The notes under the pieces are model-generated. The model was not told the DNA's origin. It made no database searches and was given only the letters and a program-made list of their open reading frames with translations. From an uncultured Chloroflexia bacterium (GTDB lineage: Bacteria > Chloroflexota > Limnocylindria > QHBO01): a DNA stretch of 64,000 nt. How positions within the stretch are numbered: the first letter of the stretch is position 1; every line of letters begins with the position of its first letter. Location: contig CAWBBG010000006.1 of the NCBI GenBank assembly GCA_963787025.1, forward strand, positions 922 through 64,921. Reading direction: 5' to 3'. A program made the position numbers and the translations under genes. Below are positions 36,334-46,021 of this stretch, piece after piece.

Positions 36334-39300
36334 CCTGGATCTCTCGCGCCGCGATCAGCCGGCGAACCGTCACCCTCCTGCTCGCGGCCGCCCTCTTCGG
36401 CGGCGGCATCGTGGCCTGGGCCAACCTCAAGCAGGAGCTCCTGCCTGATGTGTCGTTCCCCGTGGCCACCGTGCTGGCCCCGTACCCGGGTGCCGCGGCA
36501 GACGAGGTTGCCAGCCAGGTCGTCGGGCCCATCGAGCGCGCTGTCGAGTCCGTGGCAGGGATTGAGCAGGTCCGTTCCACCTCGGCGAACTCGATCGGCT
36601 TCGTGACCGCCCAATTCGCCTACGGCACCAACGTCGACGACGCGGTCGCCAGCATGGAGAAGTCGATCGCCGCGCTCTCGCTCCCGCAGGGGGTCAGTCC
36701 GCAGGTCTCGGCCCTCAACATCAACCAGGCGCCGGTGGTGATCGCGTCCATCTCGTCGGCGGGCAGGTCGCTCACCGAGCTGAGCCAGGTCGCCGCAACC
36801 CAGATCGTTCCCGAGCTCGAGGGGATCACGGGAGTCGCCAACGTGCAGGTGACCGGTGGCCTGACCGATCAGGTCACCATCACCCTGAACCCCGTGGCGA
36901 TCAGCCAGAAGGGCGTCTCCTATCAGCAGATCGCTGCGGCCCTGGGCGCGGCGAACGTGACGATCCCCGCCGGCCAGCTCGCCGTCGGCGAGGAGGCTGT
37001 CCCGGTCACCGTGACCAGCCAGATCGCGTCCATCGATGGGCTGCGCCGGATCGTGGTCGGCATCGACCAGGCCGGCGGCGCCCCGGTCCCCGTCCACCTT
37101 GGCGACGTCGCTGACGTCGCGCAGCAGCAGGTCGCGGACACCGGGTACGGGAGCCTGAACGGCCGGGAGGCGCTGGGGCTCAGCGTCAGCAAGGCCGTAT
37201 CGGCCAACACCGTGCAGGTCGCCGACGCGGTGACCGCCAAGCTCGATGAGATCGCGGCGTCCGGCAGCGCGGACCTGAAGATCGACGTCGTGTCGAACCA
37301 GGCCGATTTCATCATCCAGTCGCGGGACGGCCTGCTGAGGGAAGGTGGCCTGGGGGCGCTCTTCGCCGTTCTGACCATCTTCGCCTTCCTGTTCAGCCTG
37401 CGCTCGACCTTCGTCGCAGCGATCAGCATCCCCCTCTCCCTGCTCATCGCGCTGGTGCTGATGCAGTTCAGCGGGGTGACCATCAACATCATGACCCTGG
37501 GTGGCCTCGCAGTGGCCGTGGGTCGCGTCGTCGACGACTCGATCGTGGTCCTGGAGAACATCTACCGGCACCGCGCCATGGGCGAGGACCGCCTCGCGGC
37601 GTCGCTCCACGGCCCGTCGGAGGTCGCCGCCGCGATCACCTCGAGCACGCTGACCACGGTTGCCGTCTTCCTCCCGCTGGGCTTCGCCGGCGGCCTGGTC
37701 AGCCAGTTCTTCCTCCCGTTCGCCCTGACGGTCACCTTCGCCCTCCTCGGCTCGCTGGTGGTGGCGCTGACGGTGATCCCGGTGCTCGGTTTCTTCTTCG
37801 TGCGAGCGCCGCGTGATGAGGTCGACGCATCCGGTGAGCCCCGACGCTCCTTCTGGGTGCGCGTGTACGACCCGACCATCCGCTTCGTCGTCCATTCCCG
37901 CTGGCGATCAGCGGGGATCGTCACGGCGGCCTTCGTCCTCTTCGTCGGCTCGCTGGCGATCGTGCCGCTCCTGCCGACCCAGTTCATCAACTCCGGGTCG
38001 GAGAAGATCCTCACCGCCAGCCTCTCCCCGCCGGCCGGCACCACCTCGCAGGCGGTGCGCGACCGCGCGCAGCAGGCCGAGAAGCTCGTCCTGGCCGATG
38101 ACGAGGTCAGCCTGGTGCAGACCACGGTGCCCGCCGAGGGCGACACGGGCTTCCAGACCCTCATCGCCGCGCAGTCCGGTCGGGCCGCCAACTCCGCCAC
38201 GATGATCATCCGCCTGGCTCCGACGGCCAATCTCGTCGCGGCCGCCCAGCGGCTGGAGCGCGAGCTGGCACCGGTGAACGTCGACGGCTGGAGCTCGGTG
38301 GTCCAGCAGGCCAACGGCCCCGGCGGTGGCGGGACGATCTCGCTCGTGGTCAGCGGCCCGGACGCCGACACCGTCCAGACCGCCGCGCAGGCCGTGAGCT
38401 CGTCGCTGGCCGGGGTCGACGGACTGGGGGTCATCACCAGCAACCTCGTGGCCGCCGCTCCCCAGATCGTGGTGCGCATCGACCCCGCCCGTGCGGCAGC
38501 CGTGGGCCTGAGTCCGGCCCAGGTGGGTGGCATCGTCCGCGGGGCGCTGACCCCCACGACCATCAGCAAGCTCGAGCCGGCGCCAGGCGAGCCGTCGCAG
38601 GACGTCGTGCTCCGGTTCGACCCCAGCGCCATCGCCTCCGTGGCAACGCTGCGGCAGCTCAGCGTGGGGCCGGGCGTGCACCTGGGTGACGTCGCCGACG
38701 TCACCCAGCAGGAGGTCCGCGCCACCATCACCCGGATCGATGCTGCGCCGGCCGCCACCGTGACCGCGGAGATCACCAGCGCGGACACCGGCGCGGTGTC
38801 GGCAGCGGTCTCCAGGGACCTCGACACGCTTCAGGGCTCCGGCAGCCTGCCGGCCGGCGTCTCGGTCGAGATTGGCGGCGTCGCCGCCCAGCAGTCCGAA
38901 GCGTTCGGTGGCCTCTTCACGGCCATGGGCGTGGCGGTCGTGCTGGTGTACGTGATGCTGGTCCTGGCATTCAACTCGCTCCTCACCCCGTTCATCATCC
39001 TGTTCAGCCTTCCGTTCGCGACCGTGGGGGCCTTCCCGGCACTCCTTCTCACCGGCCGCGCCATCGGGGTCAGCGCGCTCATCGGCTTCCTGATGCTGAT
39101 CGGCATCGTGGTCACCAACGCGATCGTCCTCCTCGACCTGGTCGAACGGAATCGCCGCGAAGGGATGCCCGTGCGGGAGGCCCTGATCCGCGGCGGGCAT
39201 ACCCGGGTACGGCCGATCCTGATGACGGCGATCGCCACCATCCTGGCCCTGGTGCCGCTGGCCGCCGGATTCAACGAGGGGTCGATCATCGCCGCTGAGC

Positions 39301-39452
39301 TCGGGACCGTGGTCATCGGCGGCCTGCTCAGCTCGACGTTCCTGACCCTCGTCGTCGTGCCGGCCGCGTACCACCTGGTCATGGGGCGATCCCGCACGAC
39401 CAGCATGGCTGGGGCGGGGGCCGGCGAGACCGGCGGGCTCGATGCCGGCTAG
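36330..39452 (+). CDS. RND efflux transporter permease (AcrB/HAE-type)
   Basis: ORF 36330..39452 (1040 aa). AcrB-like N-terminus (SRRTVTLLLAAALFGGGIVAWANLKQELLPDVSFPVATV), 12 TM with two large loops, and VGRVVDDSIVVLENI. No adaptor or outer-membrane gene is adjacent. Confidence 0.9.
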   Translation: MTWISRAAISRRTVTLLLAAALFGGGIVAWANLKQELLPDVSFPVATVLAPYPGAAADEVASQVVGPIERAVESVAGIEQVRSTSANSIGFVTAQFAYGTNVDDAVASMEKSIAALSLPQGVSPQVSALNINQAPVVIASISSAGRSLTELSQVAATQIVPELEGITGVANVQVTGGLTDQVTITLNPVAISQKGVSYQQIAAALGAANVTIPAGQLAVGEEAVPVTVTSQIASIDGLRRIVVGIDQAGGAPVPVHLGDVADVAQQQVADTGYGSLNGREALGLSVSKAVSANTVQVADAVTAKLDEIAASGSADLKIDVVSNQADFIIQSRDGLLREGGLGALFAVLTIFAFLFSLRSTFVAAISIPLSLLIALVLMQFSGVTINIMTLGGLAVAVGRVVDDSIVVLENIYRHRAMGEDRLAASLHGPSEVAAAITSSTLTTVAVFLPLGFAGGLVSQFFLPFALTVTFALLGSLVVALTVIPVLGFFFVRAPRDEVDASGEPRRSFWVRVYDPTIRFVVHSRWRSAGIVTAAFVLFVGSLAIVPLLPTQFINSGSEKILTASLSPPAGTTSQAVRDRAQQAEKLVLADDEVSLVQTTVPAEGDTGFQTLIAAQSGRAANSATMIIRLAPTANLVAAAQRLERELAPVNVDGWSSVVQQANGPGGGGTISLVVSGPDADTVQTAAQAVSSSLAGVDGLGVITSNLVAAAPQIVVRIDPARAAAVGLSPAQVGGIVRGALTPTTISKLEPAPGEPSQDVVLRFDPSAIASVATLRQLSVGPGVHLGDVADVTQQEVRATITRIDAAPAATVTAEITSADTGAVSAAVSRDLDTLQGSGSLPAGVSVEIGGVAAQQSEAFGGLFTAMGVAVVLVYVMLVLAFNSLLTPFIILFSLPFATVGAFPALLLTGRAIGVSALIGFLMLIGIVVTNAIVLLDLVERNRREGMPVREALIRGGHTRVRPILMTAIATILALVPLAAGFNEGSIIAAELGTVVIGGLLSSTFLTLVVVPAAYHLVMGRSRTTSMAGAGAGETGGLDAG

Positions 39453-39505
39453 GGCAGCGGGGTGGGGCGACGCCCGGCCCCGGGGCCGGTAGACTTCTGC
39501 TCCGA

Positions 39506-40423
39506 ATGTCCCTGATCAGCGCCCAGAGCCTCACGCATCGCTATCCCGGCGACGTCCTCGCCCTGGATTCGCTGACGCTGGAGGTTGAGCCCGGGATCAT
39601 CGGGCTGGTCGGGGCGAACGGCGCCGGGAAGAGCACCTTCCTGAAGATCCTGCTGGGGCTGCTGGATCCCACAAGCGGCGACGCCTCGGTGCTCGGGTTC
39701 GATGTGCGACGCGAAGGGACACAGATTCGCTCGCTGGTGGGTTACATGCCGGAGCACGACTGCCTGCCACCCGACCTGTCCGGGACGGAGTTCGTGACCC
39801 ACATGGGCCGGATGTCGGGCCTTCCCGCGTCCGGCGCCCGGGAGCGCGCGGCCGACGTCCTTCGCCACGTGGGTCTCTACGAGGAGCGGTACCGTCCCAT
39901 CGGCGGCTACTCGACCGGCATGAAGCAGCGCGTCAAGCTGGCGCAGGCGCTCGTGCACGACCCCAAGCTGCTGCTCCTGGACGAGCCCACGAACGGTCTC
40001 GACCCGGCCGGACGAGACGAGATGCTGCGTCTCATCCGCCGGACGGGCATGGAGTTCGGCATCGCGACCCTGGTGGCCAGCCACCTGCTGGGCGAGATCG
40101 AGCGGGTCTGCACCTACCTGCTGGCGATCGACGCGGGACGCCTGCTGCGCTCGGCACCCATCGCCACCTTCACGGAGCGGACCGGCACGCTCGCCGTCGA
40201 GGTGGAGGAGGGAGCGGAGTCGCTGGCTGCGCGGCTCGTCGAGTCCGGCCTCTCCGCCACGTCCAGCGGCCGGACGGTCCTGGTCGAAGCCACCGACGGC
40301 CAGCCGTACGACCTCGTGCGTGACGCCGTCGACGAGCTGGGGCTGGCGCTGGTCCGCCTCGAGCAGCGCCGGCACCGCCTGGAGGACCTGTTCCGAAACG
40401 AGGCGACCGATGACGCCGCCTGA
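39506..40423 (+). CDS. ABC transporter ATP-binding protein (ABC-2 type), module 1
   Basis: ORF 39506..40423 (305 aa). GANGAGKST, YSTGMKQRVKLAQAL, LLLLDEPTNGLD. Confidence 0.9.
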   Translation: MSLISAQSLTHRYPGDVLALDSLTLEVEPGIIGLVGANGAGKSTFLKILLGLLDPTSGDASVLGFDVRREGTQIRSLVGYMPEHDCLPPDLSGTEFVTHMGRMSGLPASGARERAADVLRHVGLYEERYRPIGGYSTGMKQRVKLAQALVHDPKLLLLDEPTNGLDPAGRDEMLRLIRRTGMEFGIATLVASHLLGEIERVCTYLLAIDAGRLLRSAPIATFTERTGTLAVEVEEGAESLAARLVESGLSATSSGRTVLVEATDGQPYDLVRDAVDELGLALVRLEQRRHRLEDLFRNEATDDAA

Positions 40424-41315
40424 GCCGATGCCGGCGGCCGTTCCCGACGCGAACGCGGGTGCCATCTACGACATCGGCTACCGCGGCTACGAGGGTCCAC
40501 GGCTGGGCCGGCGCGCCGCGGTCTGGGCGCTCTTCGTCGCCAGCCTGCGCGCCGCGTTCGGACTGGGCCGCAGCGGACGCGCCAAGATCGTTCCGTTCGG
40601 GGCACTGGCATTCGCGTCGTTCCCGGCCGTGGTGCAGAGCGCCATCAGCGCGACCGCCGGGCCGATCGCCGCGCAGGTCGGCGTGACCTACGACAACTAC
40701 CTGTGGCAGGGAAGCATCCTGGCCATCATCTTCATCGCCGCGCAGGCTCCCGAGCTGCTCGGCGGCGACCAGCGCAACCGGGTCCTGACCCTGTACTTCT
40801 CCCATGCGATGGAGCGCACCGATTACGCCCTGGCCAAGCTTGCGGCGATCGTCGCGGGCCTGCTGATCCTGACCATCGTCCCGCTCCTGATCCTGTTCCT
40901 GGGCCAGACGTTCGTCTCGGTGGACCTCTTCGCCGGCTTCCGTGATCAGCTCAAGTACCTTCCCGAGATCGCGGTGACCGGGCTCGTCTACTCGCTCCTG
41001 CTCGCCGCCATCGGGATGGCCATCGCGGCCTTCACGCCGCGACGCGCCTACGCCACGGCGGCCATCGTCGCCGTGTTCCTGGTGGGGAGCGCCCTGCAGG
41101 CGCTCCTGCGCCGCGCGGGAACGGGCGACTGGCCCGTCCTGCTCGAGGTGAACGCCATAGGCGAGGGTGTGCGGCATTCCCTCTTCGGCGGGACGGCGAA
41201 CGGTCCCGTCGCCGCGGCGGATCTCGCCGCGACCGCCTATTACGGTGCCGCGGCGGCGATCGTGATCGTCGGCATCGGTGTCTATCTCTGGCGCTACCAG
41301 AGGATCGAGGCATGA
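40410..41315 (+). CDS. ABC-2 type permease, module 1
   Basis: Inside ORF 40320..41315. ATG 40410 (MTPPEPMPAAVPDANAGAIYDIGYRGYEGPRLGRRAAVWALF). Six hydrophobic segments. Overlaps the ATPase gene by 14 nt. Confidence 0.75.
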   Translation: MTPPEPMPAAVPDANAGAIYDIGYRGYEGPRLGRRAAVWALFVASLRAAFGLGRSGRAKIVPFGALAFASFPAVVQSAISATAGPIAAQVGVTYDNYLWQGSILAIIFIAAQAPELLGGDQRNRVLTLYFSHAMERTDYALAKLAAIVAGLLILTIVPLLILFLGQTFVSVDLFAGFRDQLKYLPEIAVTGLVYSLLLAAIGMAIAAFTPRRAYATAAIVAVFLVGSALQALLRRAGTGDWPVLLEVNAIGEGVRHSLFGGTANGPVAAADLAATAYYGAAAAIVIVGIGVYLWRYQRIEA

Positions 41316-42268
41316 GCGTCCCGGTGGCTGCGAAGCCGGAGACACCGCCCGGAAGCCCGGTGACGGTTGAGGTCGACGCGGTCTCGCGCTGGTACGGCAA
41401 CGTGGTGGCCGTCAACGAGGTGACGTTCCAGCTCGAAGCCGGCGTCACCGGCCTGCTGGGGCCGAACGGCGCGGGCAAGAGCACCCTCCTGCACCTGATC
41501 GCCGGCTTCCTGGCCCCGTCGGCCGGCAGCGTCACCGTGCGCGGGCGGCACGCGTTCGGCGACCCGGCGGTGTACGCGTGGATCGGCCTGGTCCCGGAGC
41601 ACGAGGCGCTGTACTCGTTCCTCACCGGGCGACAGTTCGTGGAGGCGAACGCCCGCCTGCAGCACGTCCCGGATCCGGTCGCGGCAACGGCGCGGGCGAT
41701 CGAAGCGGTCGACCTGGTCCAGAGCCAGGACCGGACCCTGGGGACCTACTCGAAGGGGATGCGCCAGCGCGCCAAGGTGGCGGCCGCGCTGGTCCACGAT
41801 CCGGAGATCCTCCTCCTGGACGAGCCATTCAACGGCATGGATCCCCGTCAGCGGCTGCACACCATGGAGCTCCTGCGACAGCTCGCCGGCCGGGGACGCA
41901 CGATCCTCTTCTCGAGCCACATCCTCGAGGAGGTGGAGCGCGTCGCCGACCGGGTCCTGGTGGTCGTCGCCGGTCGCCTGGCGGCCTCCGGTGATTTCCG
42001 CGCCATCCGCCGGCTGATGACGGACCGCCCGCACACCTTCACCGTGCGCTCCTCCGACGATCGCCGCCTGGCCTCCGCCCTGCTGGACGAACCGGCAGTG
42101 ACCGGCGTCAGCCTCGACGACGGGCTGGTCACCGTCCGATCGAGCGACTTCGGCGCGTTCAGCCGCGGCGTGGCCGGTTCGGCCCGCCGCGCCGGCGTGA
42201 CGCTCTTCGAGCTGCTCCCCACCGACGAGTCGCTCGAATCGGTCTTCAGCTACCTGGTGCGCCAGTGA
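41312..42268 (+). CDS. ABC transporter ATP-binding protein (ABC-2 type), module 2
   Basis: ORF 41312..42268 (318 aa). GPNGAGKST, YSKGMRQRAKVAAAL, ILLLDEPFNGMD. ATGA overlap with the preceding permease. Confidence 0.9.
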   Translation: MSVPVAAKPETPPGSPVTVEVDAVSRWYGNVVAVNEVTFQLEAGVTGLLGPNGAGKSTLLHLIAGFLAPSAGSVTVRGRHAFGDPAVYAWIGLVPEHEALYSFLTGRQFVEANARLQHVPDPVAATARAIEAVDLVQSQDRTLGTYSKGMRQRAKVAAALVHDPEILLLDEPFNGMDPRQRLHTMELLRQLAGRGRTILFSSHILEEVERVADRVLVVVAGRLAASGDFRAIRRLMTDRPHTFTVRSSDDRRLASALLDEPAVTGVSLDDGLVTVRSSDFGAFSRGVAGSARRAGVTLFELLPTDESLESVFSYLVRQ

Positions 42269-43002
42269 TCCTCAACCCGGTCATCGCCTCGATCACCCTG
42301 CGGCAGCTCCTGAGCCGGCGACGCACCCTGCTCCTGGTCCTGCTTGGCGCCATCCTGGTGGTGGTGGCGCTCGTCAAGCGCGTCTCGAGCAGCGGTCCGG
42401 AGGCCGAGTTCACGGCGCACCTGCTCAGCGACATGGGGATCGCGGTCCTGATGCCCCTGGTGGCGCTCATCTTCGGTACCGGCGCCATGGGCGCTGAGCT
42501 CGACGAGGGGACGGCGATCTACATCCTCGCCAAGCCCATCAACCGCGCCACGGTCCTCGTCACGAAGCTGATCGTGGCCATCGGCTGCAGCATCGTGCTC
42601 ACCAGCGTGCCGCTCCTGCTGGGGGGGCTCCTGGCCGGCGGCGAGGGATCCGTGTCGCTGTCGCTGGGCTTCGCTGCGGCGGGCGCCATCGGCTCGGCGG
42701 TCTACTGCGCCATCTTCGTGGCGCTCAGCCTGGTCACCAGCCGGGCGTTCATCTTCGGCCTCGCCTATGTCCTGGTCTGGGAGGGGTTCCTGGCCGGCCT
42801 CTTCGCCGGCACCCGGACGCTGTCGGTGCGCGAGCTGACCCTCGCCTTCGCGCAGGCGCTTGCAAATCCGCCATCCACCGTCTTCTCGGCCGAGCTGCCC
42901 ATTGGGACCGCGATCGTGGTGGCGGTCATCGTGACGGTCATCGCGCTGGTCATCGCCGTCCGGCGGATGCGTCGCGTCGAGATCGCCGGGGAGACGACCT
43001 AG
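42265..43002 (+). CDS. ABC-2 type permease, module 2
   Basis: ORF 42265..43002 (245 aa). Six hydrophobic segments. GTGA overlap with the ATPase gene. Confidence 0.75.
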   Translation: MILNPVIASITLRQLLSRRRTLLLVLLGAILVVVALVKRVSSSGPEAEFTAHLLSDMGIAVLMPLVALIFGTGAMGAELDEGTAIYILAKPINRATVLVTKLIVAIGCSIVLTSVPLLLGGLLAGGEGSVSLSLGFAAAGAIGSAVYCAIFVALSLVTSRAFIFGLAYVLVWEGFLAGLFAGTRTLSVRELTLAFAQALANPPSTVFSAELPIGTAIVVAVIVTVIALVIAVRRMRRVEIAGETT

Positions 43003-44040
43003 ATGCAGCCATGGGCGCATTCCATGACCGGAAGGCTTCACGAGCACGTCATCGACAGCCAGGCGCTGACCGGCAATGCCCTGCGCGACCCGCACGCGCG
43101 CCCGCTCTGGGTCTGGACGCCGCCGGGATACGACGAGGACCCCGATCGTCGCTACCCGGCGATCTACCGCATCCAGGGCTTCACCGGCCAGGTCGACATG
43201 TGGCGCAATCGCCAGCCGTTCAAGCCGAACCCGGTGGAGGCGGCCGACGCCGTCTTCGCCCGAGACGGCGCCCCGCCAGCCATCGTCGTCTATGTCGATG
43301 CCTGGACCAGCCTGGGCGGTGCGCAGTTCCTGGACTCGCCGGCGACGGGTCGCTATCACACCTACCTGTGCGACGAGGTCGTGCCCTTCGTCGACGCCAC
43401 CTACCGGACCCTCGCGCGGCGGGAGCATCGAGCCATCGCCGGCAAGAGCAGCGGCGGGTACGGTGCCATGGTCACCCCCATGCTGCGGCCCGACCTCTTC
43501 TCGGCGCTGGCCACGCACGCCGGCGACGCCCTGTTCGAGCACTGCTACCTGCCCGATGTCCGGTCAGCGGCGCGCACGCTCCGCGATCGATACGAGGGGA
43601 GCATCGACCGGTTCCTGGGGGCGTTCCGTGAGCACCCGGAGCGCCTGGACCACCGGGACTGGGACGTGCTCGACATCTACGCCATGGCCGCCTGCTACGC
43701 GGCCGATGCCGACGGCACCGTGCACCTGCCCTTCGACCTGGGTGACGGGCGGCTGCTGAACGACGTGTGGGAACGCTTCCTCGCCTGGGACCCGGTGCGG
43801 ATGGTGCCGTCGCACGCCGAGGCACTGCGCTCGATGCGCGGGATCTGGATCGATGCCGGACGTGCCGACGACTACTTCCTGGACCTGGGCGCGGAGGCAT
43901 TCCGCACCGAGCTGGAGCGGATCGGGGTGACGGAGCCCGTCGTCCACTTCGAGCTCTTCGACGGGACGCACTCCGGCATCGACTGGCGCTACCCAGCGGC
44001 CATCGCCTGGCTGGCGAAGCGGATCGCGCCGAGCGCCTGA
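43003..44040 (+). CDS. putative esterase (enterochelin-esterase-like alpha/beta hydrolase)
   Basis: ORF 43003..44040 (345 aa). The ATG directly abuts the permease TAG. Nucleophile elbow IAGKSSGGYGAM and YPAIYRIQGFTGQVDMW. Confidence 0.75.
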   Translation: MQPWAHSMTGRLHEHVIDSQALTGNALRDPHARPLWVWTPPGYDEDPDRRYPAIYRIQGFTGQVDMWRNRQPFKPNPVEAADAVFARDGAPPAIVVYVDAWTSLGGAQFLDSPATGRYHTYLCDEVVPFVDATYRTLARREHRAIAGKSSGGYGAMVTPMLRPDLFSALATHAGDALFEHCYLPDVRSAARTLRDRYEGSIDRFLGAFREHPERLDHRDWDVLDIYAMAACYAADADGTVHLPFDLGDGRLLNDVWERFLAWDPVRMVPSHAEALRSMRGIWIDAGRADDYFLDLGAEAFRTELERIGVTEPVVHFELFDGTHSGIDWRYPAAIAWLAKRIAPSA

Positions 44041-44056
44041 TCCAGCGCCCGCGGAC

Positions 44057-45199
44057 TCAGGAGCCCGCGGCGGTCACCGCGGAGCGCAGCGCATCGAGCG
44101 TCAGCGACCCGTTGTACGGCACGCCGTTGACGAAGAGCGACGGGGTGCCGGGCAGCTGCAGGGAGCTCGCCTCGTCGGCATCCGCCTGCACCGCCTGGCG
44201 CACCGCCGAGCTGTCGATGTCCGATCTCCAGGTCGAGACGTCCATGCCGGCGCTGGTGGCCAGGTTCGTGAAGTACGCCAGGGCCTGGTCGTTCGACAGG
44301 TTCTCCCAGGAGCCCTGCGTGGCGAACAGGCTGTCGTGGATGGGCCAGAACTTGTCCTGGATCTGCGCCGCGGCGGCCGCACGCGCAGCGAGGAGGGCGT
44401 TCTGGTGCTGCGGGAGCGGGAAGTAGCGGTAGACGAGGGTGATGGATCCATCGTCGACGAGCTGCTGCAGCTCCGGGGAGACGGCGGCGCAGGCCGGGCA
44501 CTGGAAGTCAGAGAACTCGACGACGGTGACCGCTCCGCTCCCCTCGCGCGGCGCCGATGCAGGTGCAAGGCTTACCTCCGCGCCGGCGGACGGCACGTTC
44601 ACGGCCCCCTGGCCGACGGCAGCTCCGAAGAGCAGCCCCACGACCAGGATCGCCATCCCGCTGGTGGCATACAGCGCGCTGCGGCGCAGCGACGCTCGCT
44701 GGCTGTCGATCTCGCGCGCAACCCGGCGCTGGGCGCGCCGCGATCCCTCGATACGGGCCGGGAGCTCCTCCGCGCCGCCGAGCCAGAACCCGATCGCCGC
44801 CACGAACAGCACCAGCCCGGCGGCCGCCTGGCCCAGGCACCACGTGCAGAAGGCGTGGATGACGAAGGCCTCCACGCCGGTCAGGAACGCGGAGACGCCA
44901 ACGCCCACCGCGCCGAGCGCCAGGAGCGCTGCGCGGGGCGGCACGCCCAGCAGCGGCGCCGGGTCGACGGTGCGCCACGCGGTCCATGCCGTCGCGAGGT
45001 AGAACGCGAGGCCGAGGAGCGGGGTGGGGATGCCCAGCGGGTAGGCGAACGCGCTGGTGCGCACCTCGTCGCACCCGGTCCCGGTGAGGCAGATTCCGCC
45101 GCTCCCATTCAGGTACTCGACGAGGAGATACGCGGAGATTCCGACACCGACGATCGCGGCGACCAGTGCGACCTGGCGCCACGTGGAGCGCTGCTGCAT
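44057..45199 (-). CDS. VKOR (vitamin K epoxide reductase family) fused to a DsbA/thioredoxin-like domain
   Basis: ORF 44057..45304; the likely start is ATG 45199 (MQQRSTWRQVALVAAIVGVGISAYLL). VKOR loop cysteines CLTGTGC, TM CxxC FCTWCLG, and C-terminal Trx CxxC FSDFQCPACA. Confidence 0.85.
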   Translation of the reverse strand: MQQRSTWRQVALVAAIVGVGISAYLLVEYLNGSGGICLTGTGCDEVRTSAFAYPLGIPTPLLGLAFYLATAWTAWRTVDPAPLLGVPPRAALLALGAVGVGVSAFLTGVEAFVIHAFCTWCLGQAAAGLVLFVAAIGFWLGGAEELPARIEGSRRAQRRVAREIDSQRASLRRSALYATSGMAILVVGLLFGAAVGQGAVNVPSAGAEVSLAPASAPREGSGAVTVVEFSDFQCPACAAVSPELQQLVDDGSITLVYRYFPLPQHQNALLAARAAAAAQIQDKFWPIHDSLFATQGSWENLSNDQALAYFTNLATSAGMDVSTWRSDIDSSAVRQAVQADADEASSLQLPGTPSLFVNGVPYNGSLTLDALRSAVTAAGS

Positions 45200-45537
45200 G
45201 TCCGGAGCATGCCGGAGGCGCCGGCGCATCGCAACCTGCCGAATGTCCCACCGATGGGGGCCGGCGGTGATCCGCGCCCCGGCGCGGGTCTGCACGCGAA
45301 CCACCGATCGCGCGCCATCTCGGCCGGGGCGCGCCAGGGCAAGCTGTCGACGGCCCGGGCAGGAGCCCCACTCGGGCCCGACCGGCTCAGACGGGCCCGG
45401 AATCGGCTATCGTTGCCGTCCGTGAAGCTCGTCACCACGCCCGCGACAGCGCCCGGCACCCCTCCCATGCTGCCCGTCCAGCCCGGGTCCCGGCTCGCGT
45501 GCGAGCTGCTCGGTCAAGCCCTGCGCACGAGCCCGTC

Positions 45538-45858
45538 ATGACCGAGGAGCCGAGCGCCGCGGGAGCGGTGCGCGTCACCGACAATCCCGACGAGCGACGC
45601 TACGAGGCGTGGCTCGCCGACCGGATGGCCGGCAAGGCCGAGTACCGCATCGCGGGCGACCGCATCATCTTCTTCCACACGGAGATCGATCCCGCCTTCG
45701 AGGGTCATGGCGTGGGCTCGCAGCTGGCCCGCGAGGCCCTGGACGATGCTCGACTGCGCGGACTGCGGGTCACGCCCAAGTGCCCGTTCATCGCCGCCTG
45801 GATCGAGCGTCACCCCGAGTACCGGGCGCTCGTCTCCGTCCGTCCGCGCCAGCCCTGA
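45538..45858 (+). CDS. small GNAT-like acetyltransferase (YjdJ type)
   Basis: Inside ORF 45499..45858 from ATG 45538. ERRYEAWLADRMAGKAEYRIAGDRIIFFHTEIDPAFEGHGVGSQLAREALDDARLRGLRVTPKCPFI. Confidence 0.8.
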   Translation: MTEEPSAAGAVRVTDNPDERRYEAWLADRMAGKAEYRIAGDRIIFFHTEIDPAFEGHGVGSQLAREALDDARLRGLRVTPKCPFIAAWIERHPEYRALVSVRPRQP

Positions 45859-46021
45859 TCGCCGCGAGCGACGGCGCCGGTCTCAGCCGCCCGCGGGCTG
45901 TCGCTCCACGGAGCCTGCTCCCATGACCGGCGCGGGAACCTCACGGCTGCTCGGCTCCAGGCATCCCACCCCCCGAATCAGGATGAGGTGTGGCGCCTGA
46001 CCGGCGACCGGCGCGAGAGGG

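Noticed and set aside
45200-45537. Possible 6C-type small RNA (C-rich loop cacccctccc) in the 338-bp divergent spacer between VKOR and the small GNAT
   Set aside because: There is only one C-rich tract and no flanking complementary stems that would form the two characteristic hairpins. The evidence is insufficient.
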